The notes under the pieces are model-generated. The model had not been told where the DNA came from. It made no database searches and saw nothing but the letters and a program-made list of their open reading frames with translations. Position numbers and translations under genes: made by a program. DNA of 64,000 nucleotides from Ascidiella aspersa (taxonomy: Eukaryota). Positions 38,401-49,794 of the stretch are shown here, piece by piece (position 1 is the first letter of the stretch; the number at the start of each line of letters is the position of its first letter). The stretch spans positions 15,934,001-15,998,000 of the forward strand of contig OZ004607.1 of the NCBI GenBank assembly GCA_963924565.1, read 5' to 3'.

Positions 38401-41400
38401 GAAATATGTGAAGTTTAAAATAAATTTTCCGTTAGGACGAAAGTAGGGTGCGTGTGAATTTAATGGCTAAGTAGAGCATACCATCATGTGTATTCTCTTG
38501 AGATAGTTGTTTTGTATTTACGGTAACTTTTGTGATGTGTGCGAAATCGTTAGAAGGAATTGTTCTGGCATTGTGCTAGTATAGTTGCGACACGCAACTT
38601 ATTCTTAAAAAAGCAGTAGCATACAATTTTATTGTAAAAGCAGTAGCAATGCAATACGATTGACGTTGTTGGTCATTCAATGCAGAGGAGATTACTCGAA
38701 TTCGATTTGCGCTATACAGACCCGCACGATGCGAGTAGTAGATGCACGCAGCGACACGGAATGGGATATTGAGGCCAAGGAGATTAGGTGCGCATTATCG
38801 TACAAGAGAATATTGCATTCCCGTTGTGGGATTAATATCCATTGCGGTTGTCTGTTTCATGCTAAGATTTGTCGCCGGCCGATCGTTCAAGCAGGAAACA
38901 ATTTTCAACGGACACGCGGTTTAATCAGCTTGTTCCAATTTAAAAATTCGATACTGCCACTATTTTTGCATGGGTTGTAATCTAACGGTATACAAACTAT
39001 ATACAGTTCCATTTATGTAAATAGTGTTTTAAAATTGTGCACATTTAAATATTTCAACGATAGATTTACGTATTTTTATAATATATAAGATTAACATTAT
39101 GAAGCTCAGTGCGAAACACATAAACCCGTTAAGGGGAAGGCAACCAAGACTGCTGGGATTCAGCATCTCGCATTCGCTGGTTAAGTTTATTCGCCTTTGG
39201 AAAGCATAGGCAGAGGTGCGAAAATTTCGAAGTACATGCTTGTGTGAATGGACCTGATGGAGTGGTCCACTTGTGGGCCTGCGATTTTTGTTTCTCTTAA
39301 ATATGGATCGGCTTGGGAACGAGTCCAGTGTCAAAACAACGACCTTCTTGACTGGCGCTCTGTTCGCACGTTGTTTTTTAAGCCAACTCCAATTTTCACA
39401 CGTCTGAAGTAGTTCCAATCCAGTCCACTTCACGTGAAACTACCTCAACAGTTCGCCTGGTTCTCCTTGGTTTAACCAAAACTAAGAAGCCAATCGTATA
39501 TTTTATGTCCAAAATTTTGAAATAATGGGACTGAATTTAATTAACGTACATGTGCACAAGATATGTCAGGTTCATAGAAAGGTGTTAACCAGAAAGGGCA
39601 TTTAAAATAACTTTGAACAACAGCTAGTACACACACACATCGGGTTGCATGCAATTTCACAGCTTGTCGCTCTCCGGATGATAAAAGAGCCCTAGGCCCC
39701 AGCACGCAAGCCGGTCGAGTACACTTGACTTTTCCGAGCTCTGTGCCCAGTCTCGTTCGACGTGTCAATCTTCGTGAAAACAATGAGTGGGATGACACAG
39801 AGCAAACCCCTTTTCATCTCGTAAATCGACTCAGTTTTGTCACTGTCACTGATGAAAATCGAAAATGTGATTCTTTAGTTTTCAGCACTTTCAGCGACTT
39901 AGAGCAATCTCAAATGAGAGCGAATTTACAATAAAAAATCAACGGTCAAACATATATAAACCACGTTCAAGATTTTTTAAAGGTAACGGATTGGTAACAA
40001 TATAATCGCGTAATGAAATCATTGAATTTAATACAACATTGGATCATATCGTTCCATGCCAACCATTGTCCGCTTTTACACGCGAAATAAATAAACTCGA
40101 GAAGTTTTTCTTTACTTCGATTAAAATCGCCGGTATTTAATTTGGCACATAGGTCGAGAGGTGCGCAGTGTCACACTGATCATATGGAGCAAGACGGCAG
40201 CTAGAGGCGCACTGAAACGAAAAACGCGCTTTAGAAAAGGCCAGTCGAGCTCCGGTGCTCTTAGAGCGGTGAGCTTTATGGCCGAAGATTATCCTCACTT
40301 CGCTTGTGGAAGGTCGCGCGAACGTAACAGCGTTTTAGATCAACTTTATGATAATTAGAGAGGATAAAACAAGGAGAGGATAAAATATGTCTAGATATAG
40401 AAACAGATAAGGCAAGACAATGTTGAATAACTCTAAGAAAATATCAGTGTTTGCTTTGTTATTTTATGCTTAGTTTTGTGCTATACAAAATTTACCAAAT
40501 TGTTTTCAGAAATAAACTATATGGCCCTATAAATCGTATTCTCCTATTTTTTTTACGGAAATGGCATTGAAAAAAAGACCTTATAATTTTATTTTTTAAT
40601 GCAAAAAACATATTCTTCTTTAACTTAGCTTGTTTGACTTAATCGATTTCTTTATTGGTGCATAGATGAAATTCAAAACTGTACAAATTGGCAGTTTTAA
40701 ACAAGTTTTTGAAAACAAGAATAGAACACGAATTCCCAAAAGTTTTTTTTTGATACAAGAAATAAAGGTTGTCACATTATTTTGTTATGAAGCGCTTTGT
40801 CTTCGGATGTGCGAAGATTGTAAGCTGGTAGACTTGATTAACTGAATTAGTTTTAAACAGTATTTGCGTTCGACTTGACAAGGGCGTTTGAAAGTGTGGC
40901 ATTGTCTTGCGGTAACGAGTTTAAGTGGAAATCTTCGCGGCGTTGAATCGCCACTCGTGTGTGTGGTGAGCTAATTATAAGCCCGCGTTATAGAAACTTT
41001 TACATTCGCCGGTGTAATATGTCATGCTTTTAATTATATGCTGTCCTTGGCCATACACGCGCCCGCGGCAGCAAGCGATAATTCTGCGCCTTCATCGCTC
41101 TGTTGTCCGCACAAATTCAAGTAGGTCCTCAGCTCATGTGATAAACAGATCGAAGCGCCCGAATTCGGCAGAATAGCCAGAATAGCCAGACTAGGCAGGT
41201 TTTAAAGTTGACTTTTTTTGGAAAACTATACGCAGTAAAACTGTCTTAAAAAATGAAAATAGTTAAGTAAAATAAACGGTACAGTTTAAGGACATATACT
41301 GAGCCATATAATTGTTAAAGTTACGTTTAGTGTGTCAGATATTATCTATTAATATTTTTGCTCGTTAAGTGTTCTTTTTTTGCGAAGTGCTTCTCTAGCT

Positions 41401-44400
41401 CCTTTCATCGTCTTTATTTTCATGTGCCGGGAAGCCTGCACGATCTTCCCGCGTAGACGACCAGGATGGAGCCGTGGTGAATAGCCCCGCGACAAAATGG
41501 TGGTCAGCAGGTTGATTTTGTTCTTACCGATGTGTATTGAAAATGTGGCACCAACACTATTAATATGTTCTATTGCTAGGCAAAAAAGTGCGATTTCTTA
41601 AAAACCTTTCTCTTTATAACAAAAAACATGGGCAAACAATGTAATACCATTAAATTTCAATTTAGCATAGTAATATTCATAAAAACATAAAAATTAATTT
41701 CTGTTTTAAAATAGTTTAAAATACACTCATTTTTAGGATGTTTTCTGTTCAGTTTTTTATCGTTTTTCGGTTTATTTGTATAGGCCACTTTAAATCAGGA
41801 TCCAATTACACTATAGCGCCGATCGCTTTGATCTCACATGCTTCTGCCATTTTCCACCCGACAGTTCACAGTATTTTTGAAACGACAACTATTCGGGAGT
41901 CTTGCGTGAAATTAATCCTGTTTTCACGCGCTCCGCCATAAAAAAGCTGACGTTCGGTCAGTCCAGAGCACCCTGATAAACTTATACTTTGCGATGTCGC
42001 AGGTTGAGCAGTAGTTGTGTGAGTAACACATTTAAAGATATGTATAAATACTGCATGGTCCTATTTAATGGCAATGCTTGAACTTGACTCTTGTTTTTTT
42101 TTAATATAAATTACACGGCGTCCCTTATAAAAGTAAAGCTTGGAATTTTATCTTTAGAAATAGTGCCTCGGGTGTTTTGCCGTCAGGTGATGCCTCGCAC
42201 TTCATATTTAGTTCACGGTATGGATGAGTTACATGCCAAACAGTATATTTGTAAAATGTGTGAAAGTTTGACCGAAGTCCGTTCTTAAATCTTGTTGAAT
42301 TTTGCAATTATCATATTAAAATTGCAATTAACCTGTATGTTTAGTATTTCTACTCTTACCACAAACAAAACAGTTTTGGAACAAATTTATGCGAATTTTA
42401 TTTTCCGTGGTAGAAAATTGCCAAACGAAAGTCAATCCACCATGTCTTCAGTGCCTACCTGGCCATGTATAGCTTTCAGGTAATCAAAGGCAATTGATTT
42501 GGATCGACACTTCTAAGTGATGTCGACCTTTAGGCGAGAGAAGGGGGAGAAGGTGCATGTTGACTTGCTTTTACCTTGCTCCAAAAAGCGCCGTCCTGTC
42601 TCTTTTTTTAAAAGGTAGTTGTTTTGTATCGAACATGGCGGCAATTTTTCGCTCTCACATGAGCCTGGGTCAACGTGTTACTGAACCGTGAACAGGCAAC
42701 ATTGCCGAATGAAAATATTTTCTATGAAAATTGGCCTTCGTTGAGTGCAAGCATGGCAAAGCTACCCTTGCCTAACAAGCGGATGATCACTTCTCGCCCA
42801 CATAGCAAAAAAGGCGCTTATTAATAAAATATGAACAGGGCACAAGCGATGAATATCTGCCGCGAAACGCCCAGCGTACGCTTGAGTTGCTTCGGCGCCG
42901 CTCTCTCCAAGTTGGGGTGCTGTATTCTCCCAGGCTGTCTCTGTCTCTAGACACCGATCGATCATAATTAATCACTGTCCTACGACCGTATGACATCTAA
43001 AGTACGTCGTTTCGCAGTTTTTAAAAAGCGTTAAGGGATTTGTTGTCACAGCAATGCCTAAAATATTTGTAAGTTGGCATCTACGCGTGATTGGGACACG
43101 CGCCTGCAGAACACAACTTTGTACCTCAAGACAGCAGATATAATTCGAAAATGTATGTAATTATAAACAACACAATATCCAGAAGTAATTTCACCCAACA
43201 ACAACATTCTTATGTTCCAGCTGGTTAGCATATACGTAACTGTCTTTAAAATGTACTTTTAATATTTTGTGGTCAGGCTTCCATTGTGGTCAGTAAATGG
43301 TTAAAGTGGGGGCCTGCCCTTGTTTACTTTGGCCTGCGCGCGAGGCAGACAGAACTTCAATTGAGCTCTATATATTTCACTTGCTTCAGCAGCACCAGCA
43401 CTTGAGCAGGCAGATGTAGAAGAGAATATCTCAAACACAGCACTCACAAATCCAAATGTGTTTAAAGTTTTCAGAAAAGTTTTAGGATACCGATGTGAAC
43501 AAAATCAAGATGTATAGTAAGTATACGATTTAAATTGAGAAAATAGTTCTGCAGATAAGTATTTTTTGCGATCTCTATTTTATCAAACTCGCACCTCAAG
43601 AAACTCGTTTTATTTTTTATTTCGCTTTGTCTGCAACAATGAACTGGTGAGCAACTGTTTCTGCCATATCCATTGGACTGTTCTTGTGTTGTGTGTAATT
43701 CAAACAGCTTGTTTTTTTTCTTTATTGCCGAGGTTTAACGGTGTGATTAACTATTATTGAAGACTTGTTAAAAGTTATTGTGAATTTTTTATTTTTGCTT
43801 TAATTTTAGGCATACGAATCCTGGCCACACTTATAATCTATATAATTTTTGTTGCCGAAAGTACGTTCTATAAACAGGTTTCGTTTAGTGTTGGTTCTAA
43901 ATTATTTTAGAAATTGCTTTAAAGCAATTCAAAAAATATAGATAATACGTCACCTTCCCTGGTGTACATAAAAAAATCATGTTTTTAAAAAAGCCTGGAT
44001 CATTACCTCTTTGGCAGTGGTGATGCAATATGTACGCCGCAAAGAATTTTTGCATTATCTGACAAAATGGCACCTTTTTATTAGTCACTTTGAAAGGAAA
44101 CATTCGTTTTATATTCCTAATATTCGAACAAAATATAAATTTATGTTTAATAACTAAAAGAGCTGTGTTGGAATTTAGACAAGATTTATTTTACCTTTGG
44201 GTTCTTGTATTGGCAGTGTAAATGCAAAACAACTGAAAAATGGCGGCGCGTATAGTTGATAAGGACAAAACATGGTTTAAATTATCTATGGTTAAATAAC
44301 TTGAGCAACTAACAATTCAATTATTTCCTCGTGGAAATAAGTGTTTTTGTATTTATTAGCAGCTTATTTCAGCTGTTGCCTTTATGGTTATACTTACTGA

Positions 44401-46589
44401 CTCAACTTAAAATGGTAAATTAATTTTGAGGGGTTAGTTGTCAGTGCTATTAAAGCTTAAATTAAAAGAATTAAAAATATTAATTTTTTGGTAATGTTTT
44501 ATTGGCATATAGTAATGAATGGCGTAGTATGACCTAAAATAGATCTTTCAATGGTGGTCCTGTCTGACCAATTACAAGGTATAAAGTATAATAGTTGGAT
44601 GGACATTATATATAAATAAACTTCAAGTTGGTTTAATTCAGCAAATGATAAAAAAAAAAACTATTTTGCTTGGGTTTTTCTGTTTATGAGAATATTTAGT
44701 TTTATCCAACATGACATAGAAATGTCTGAAATGTGTAATTTGGCAAGAGTTATCCGTTAGTTTTGGTTATTTTTTTTTTATGTATTTAACATATCAACTG
44801 ATGTATTTTAAATTTCATCAGCGTAAAATTGGTTTTATCTTTACAAAAAATGAAGGATAGTTTGCAATAAGTGACAGCAGAATGTTGTTTTGGGGTAGCG
44901 CTGATGCTAATGCCCTCAAGACTTTATGGTTTACATATAAATTTCAGGCAATTTAGTACTTTTTGTAGCTAGTTTCGCTCGGACGGTGTGACGAGCACGC
45001 GAGTGCAAAATATTCGGACATTGTGTGAGAGCACAACAGCAGCGAGATGGTTATATTCACATCAGCGAACCCCGCTGTTTCATGTCCGCTCGAATGCTTG
45101 CGAACCACTGGGCATGACGTGTTTGACAGATATCGCACAAAGCAAGAAACCGCCTGTCACGCTGTCACACACAGCACGATGAGCTCAGAGCAAAAAAACG
45201 AACAAACTCCCTTTCAACGTATTTTTGTGACGTTCACAGGTTACTCACGTTTCCTAACCACAACCATAATCATTTAAAAAACCTAAATAAACGACAATTT
45301 GCTTTGTAATTTCGACTAGTATCTGAAAATTACCTTGTTACATAATGAACTAAAAGTAAACACACGAAAGATGACATTAATATTTGTGAAAATCAACAAA
45401 ATATAATGTTGTAACCCATAAGGTCGTAGAAGGAATTTTTCTTGACAATGTGATTGTTTTACGGTGAAGTCGTTTGCCTCGAGCAGATGTAGCGAGACAT
45501 TAAACAGCATCGGTGATTGGACAAAGCTGTAGACTGGCTCCCCCTTATTACGAAAATATCAGCGGGACATTATACAAAGTTATTACTCCTACCCACTGCT
45601 AGCGGGCTGTCGTGCGCCCGCTGTAAGTCGGCATCCACAGAGTGGCACAGCGGCATATAACTGCTCAACGCGGCCAATTTGTTCTTTGCAGTTCTTTTGT
45701 TAGAGGGATTAGTTGGTTGTGCGACTGCACATCTCCTCCAGGCAACAACTCAGATCACACACGAAGCAAGCTAATTGCCTCGTTTCGTACCTATCATTTC
45801 ATCGTATCATAAACCTTATGTGGCAAATATCTCAAGAGCATCTGAAATCAAACTATGGTTTACGTAAGATGTTTTTACTTCCATTGTCTTTTGGCCAATC
45901 TTATAGCTAAAATAAAACGATTTAAAGAAATCATATAAGATTTTCTTTCGTGTAATTTTGAACACATTATCACATGTAAACAACGGTCACAATGTCCTTT
46001 CGGCCTAAGGTCAAAACACTCCGCAATTATTTAGGTAACAAACCGTAGTTTTGCACGTTTGAAATTATAATAAATAACTGTCTATAAACAAAGAGATATA
46101 CAAACACAAATCGAACGTGTGTTACTTTATTACTTTATTAGTGAAGTTCATTTATTGATAAAACGACTATTTTATGGTTGAAAAATCAAGAAAAGGCACT
46201 TTATTAGTGTCAAAAAAGCAAAGGCATCGATCAAATCGAAAGAAAAGTGTCATAATGTTAAATATTATGCAAATTGTACAAATATTGTAGTTTTCCTATT
46301 GCAAAGTTTAAGTACTACAATATTAAAACGGCGACCGGGTGTTCGGCGCCATTTTGTTTTTGCGTTGAACTTGATGCTAAGCGCATTTTTACTCGCGTAG
46401 CACGTAACTATTTTTCTAACTAAATTATTAAAACCTCAAGCTGTCGTATCGGTATCGTGGGGTTATTTAACTTTTCAGGGATTATTGTAATTATATGTTG
46501 GGTCTGGGTCGTTCCATTTCTACGACAAATTGTCGTTTGTTGATTTAATGCGAAGCGGTGTCGATTATTTGCAAACGCAGAACACACGA

Positions 46590-46920
46590 GCGATAACAAG
46601 AAGTGATTGGTGTCGGCTTGTGGCAATTGTTTTATCATTAGGCTACCGCTGTGCATCCGCTGCTATCACGGTGTTTGCTGGATCACCGAGATAACTACTA
46701 CATCCGCTTCTGCGTGCTGCAGCTATTACCTGGCACTTGCGTAATTTCCTATTCGTCAGCGCATTGGCCGAAGTGCCAAGTTTGCAGCGAAATAAGACCC
46801 AACCTTATCAGGTGCAAGTGGAAGTTTTGGCAATTAACTGGAGCAAATGTCGTTCGCACTAACGACACTTTCGCCAAGTCACAGATAAGTTATCGTTGGG
46901 TTCACTTCCATAAGATTAAT
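46590..46920. promoter_or_regulatory. Candidate Otx early neural enhancer (GATA + ETS cluster, a-element-like)
   Basis: GATA cores at ~46591, 46633, 46690, 46805, 46883 and 46890. ETS cores GGAAGT 46820, ACTTCC 46904 and ACATCC 46700. About 3 kb upstream of the Otx ATG. Confidence 0.5.
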
Positions 46921-49794
46921 TTTTGCTTGGTTAGTTAAATCAAATGACCATAAACAATCCAACCTCCAGTTGCTATCGCTGTCATGATCAAGATTCCTAT
47001 TTTTCTATATATTATTCAATACCATACATGTCGTTTCTGAAGTCACCTTATGGCGCATAATTGATGACGACTTAAATTTCCTATTTGCGCTAAATGTAAT
47101 TGATTTTACATACCGACATGTCTCGTGTGTAGTCTGTGTTTGTGCGGTTGCAGACAAATTAACCAGAAACGCCGTTTTCGATTTGTTCATTGCTCAGTTA
47201 TGTTTGACCAGTCTGTCGCTTTGAACCCTGCATGTCGCGGGCGCGAATCATGGCCGGTGACCAAATATGACGAAAACTGAGTCCAACGTTGCAAACTTAA
47301 CAAGCACGATATTGCCGAGTGTTGTTGTCCCGAAAATTGTATTCACCGACGGTTATTTTGTGCACTTCGACATTGCAGAGTAATAACGTCGAGTGGTCAG
47401 CCTGGCTTTGCTTGTCGACACAGGTTTGAAGCAGTTCCGTACTTGAACAGCTTTGTCTCGTGTGTCTGGGGTAATTTAACCTCCAAAGGCTTTCAATGAC
47501 CAGTAAAAGATCCGCAACAGCGAGTAGTCAAGTGTCCAATAGCATTTACATCGTTTTAAAAACTTTGATTTAACCCCATCTGGGGCATCGAAAATAGCCC
47601 ATTTTTGCGATGACCTAAAGCAAGGTTTGTGGCAATTAGAGGGCTGCGATAATAGAACATGGACGTCCCAGCTGAACGCCCAATTTTATTTTATGTAAGG
47701 CCCGGAAGGACAATGGCACAGTGGGTTGTTGCACCTGCCGAGTGCCATTTTCGGTGCGCCATTTGTGGGCAACATCTTTCGTATATCGCTCGTTAGCGTC
47801 GATTCTCACCCTTGTGGAAATCTCGGACAATTCCTGTCTGGCCTTCTTCAATTCACACTCTTCGTTGTTTGTTTCTTTCTTTTCTCTCCGCGACCGCCCG
47901 GCGCGCGCTCTCGTTTTGTTTCTTTTTTCATGCAGCTCAATTTTCCAATCCCCTCCCCTTTTTCCATCGCCTATTTAATCACTTGAAATGGGCTTAAACT
48001 GAGTGCAAGTGCTTGGAGTTTTATTACTCTCTCGGATATCCTCGTGACAACATATCAGTCTTATCCGATTGTGACGCAAGAGTTGGATTAGATGCAGTTT
48101 TAATCGCCTTTAGTTTCCATCAAACATTGGAATGTTATTCAAGTTTAGAAATTGCAGAAGTACGTTAGAAATCTCTCAAGAAATTTACCATTTATGGATT
48201 TTCGTTAGTGAATTTTTCAGTGTCACAGAAAATGATTGTTAGGATTATTAAGTGCCAGAAAAAAAGGATTTGCTTTAAGCTATAGTGTAGTTAGAACCGG
48301 CTTTCAGGGGCAGATCAACGAATTTTTCGAAAGAAGTAGAAAAATAACGAATTTTATTTTCTTCTTATTTTTTTTAATATTGATGTACTACTATCAATGT
48401 TCTTTGTATAAAATTTAACAAGCCAATAAAACATTTCTTGTTTTAACGATTAATTATTATTATTATCGGTATCAAGGAGTTGCATAAAAATGCAAAAGTT
48501 GTTTTATTCGTGATAAAAACAATTATTATTTTTTAGCATTCCATTTAGAAAATTTAAAATCTTTAAATAATCCTTGAACTTGAACATTTGCTTGTCAAAT
48601 ATTCGTGGGAGAACAAAGAGCATATCCTGCTAAGGAGTTACAGGTAAGCAAATTAAAATAAATAGTTTTAAAATATAAGTGCTGTAAGGTCACTGAATTT
48701 TTATTAATATTTACTTCAAAGATTATTTTACCACTAGTATTCTATTATTTGGAACCTAGGATTAATCTTTACCACACATATTTTTGTATATGGATAGATC
48801 GCTATTTTCGCTTATTTTTTCCCCAAAAATTAATAACTTTAAGTAATGTAATATGCTTGTTTTTGGCAAGCAAACGATAAAAAAATATGTTTGATTTTTG
48901 ATAAATGCAAAATTATTTTATTGAACGTTTCGGCAACCACCATTTCTCCCCTTTGCCCTGCTATATATTATAATGGACATATTAACCCATTGTTATAAAG
49001 TTTACAGTGTTTAAGTCATTTGTTTTGGGAAAATTCTGCAAATGAATAGGCATCACATTGTTAATAAACAAGTTGCATAGTGCGTTGGGCGTTTGTTTAT
49101 TTGATTATATGACACGCGAGTCGGACTGTTGCGTGAAAACGCGCAGCTTTGGTCTTAACTCCGATAAGATCAGGTATTGGCTATTGGACAGCGTGAGAAG
49201 AAATCTCACTTGATTGCAAGTGGTGATTTAAAAGTACAGTCCGCATGGGAATTAAACAAACATAATCGAACGCAAACATATTTTTGAAAACGAAATTTAA
49301 ATCGTTTTTTTTTTATGCCAGAAAAGTGAGCGTTATATGTTCGAACGTAGGCAACATGTTTGTTTTGTATCAATAGAAATTTGTTGGCCACCATAACGCG
49401 ATAACATTATACAAGGGATAAGCCTACTAATCTTATGACAGGGCGCTTATTATATGCGATCGACGTTGTAATGCTCACCTACACGATTTCGGTTTGTGTT
49501 TTAATTCGCTATGGCGCGTGTGATTCCTTCGCCTCATTATCACGCCACAAGGTGTATTGTCTTGGTTTGTTTACTTTTGAGCCGGTGGATGTTGCACCGG
49601 CTTTCCAAGGCCGCATCTACGCGTGATGCAATTAAGAGCAAAAACAATACCGTTTCGAAACTAGAACAAATTGCACTGGGCTTTTGTATAGATAGGAGGT
49701 TGTAGGTTGTACCTTGGGCAAGTTGTTATAGGTTCACCGATGTTATATTTTTATCTTTTGATACTTTATACGCAGAACTTGGATATCAAGAAAA

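Noticed and set aside
48927-48938. GTTTCGGCAACC match to the Penelope hammerhead-like motif near the Otx promoter
   Set aside because: Only 12 bp, with no partner stem or CUGANGA-like core; likely chance.
32000-49400. Many 60-150 aa ORFs as hidden genes
   Set aside because: No recognisable domains, overlapping frames on both strands, many non-ATG starts, and no consistent exon chain.
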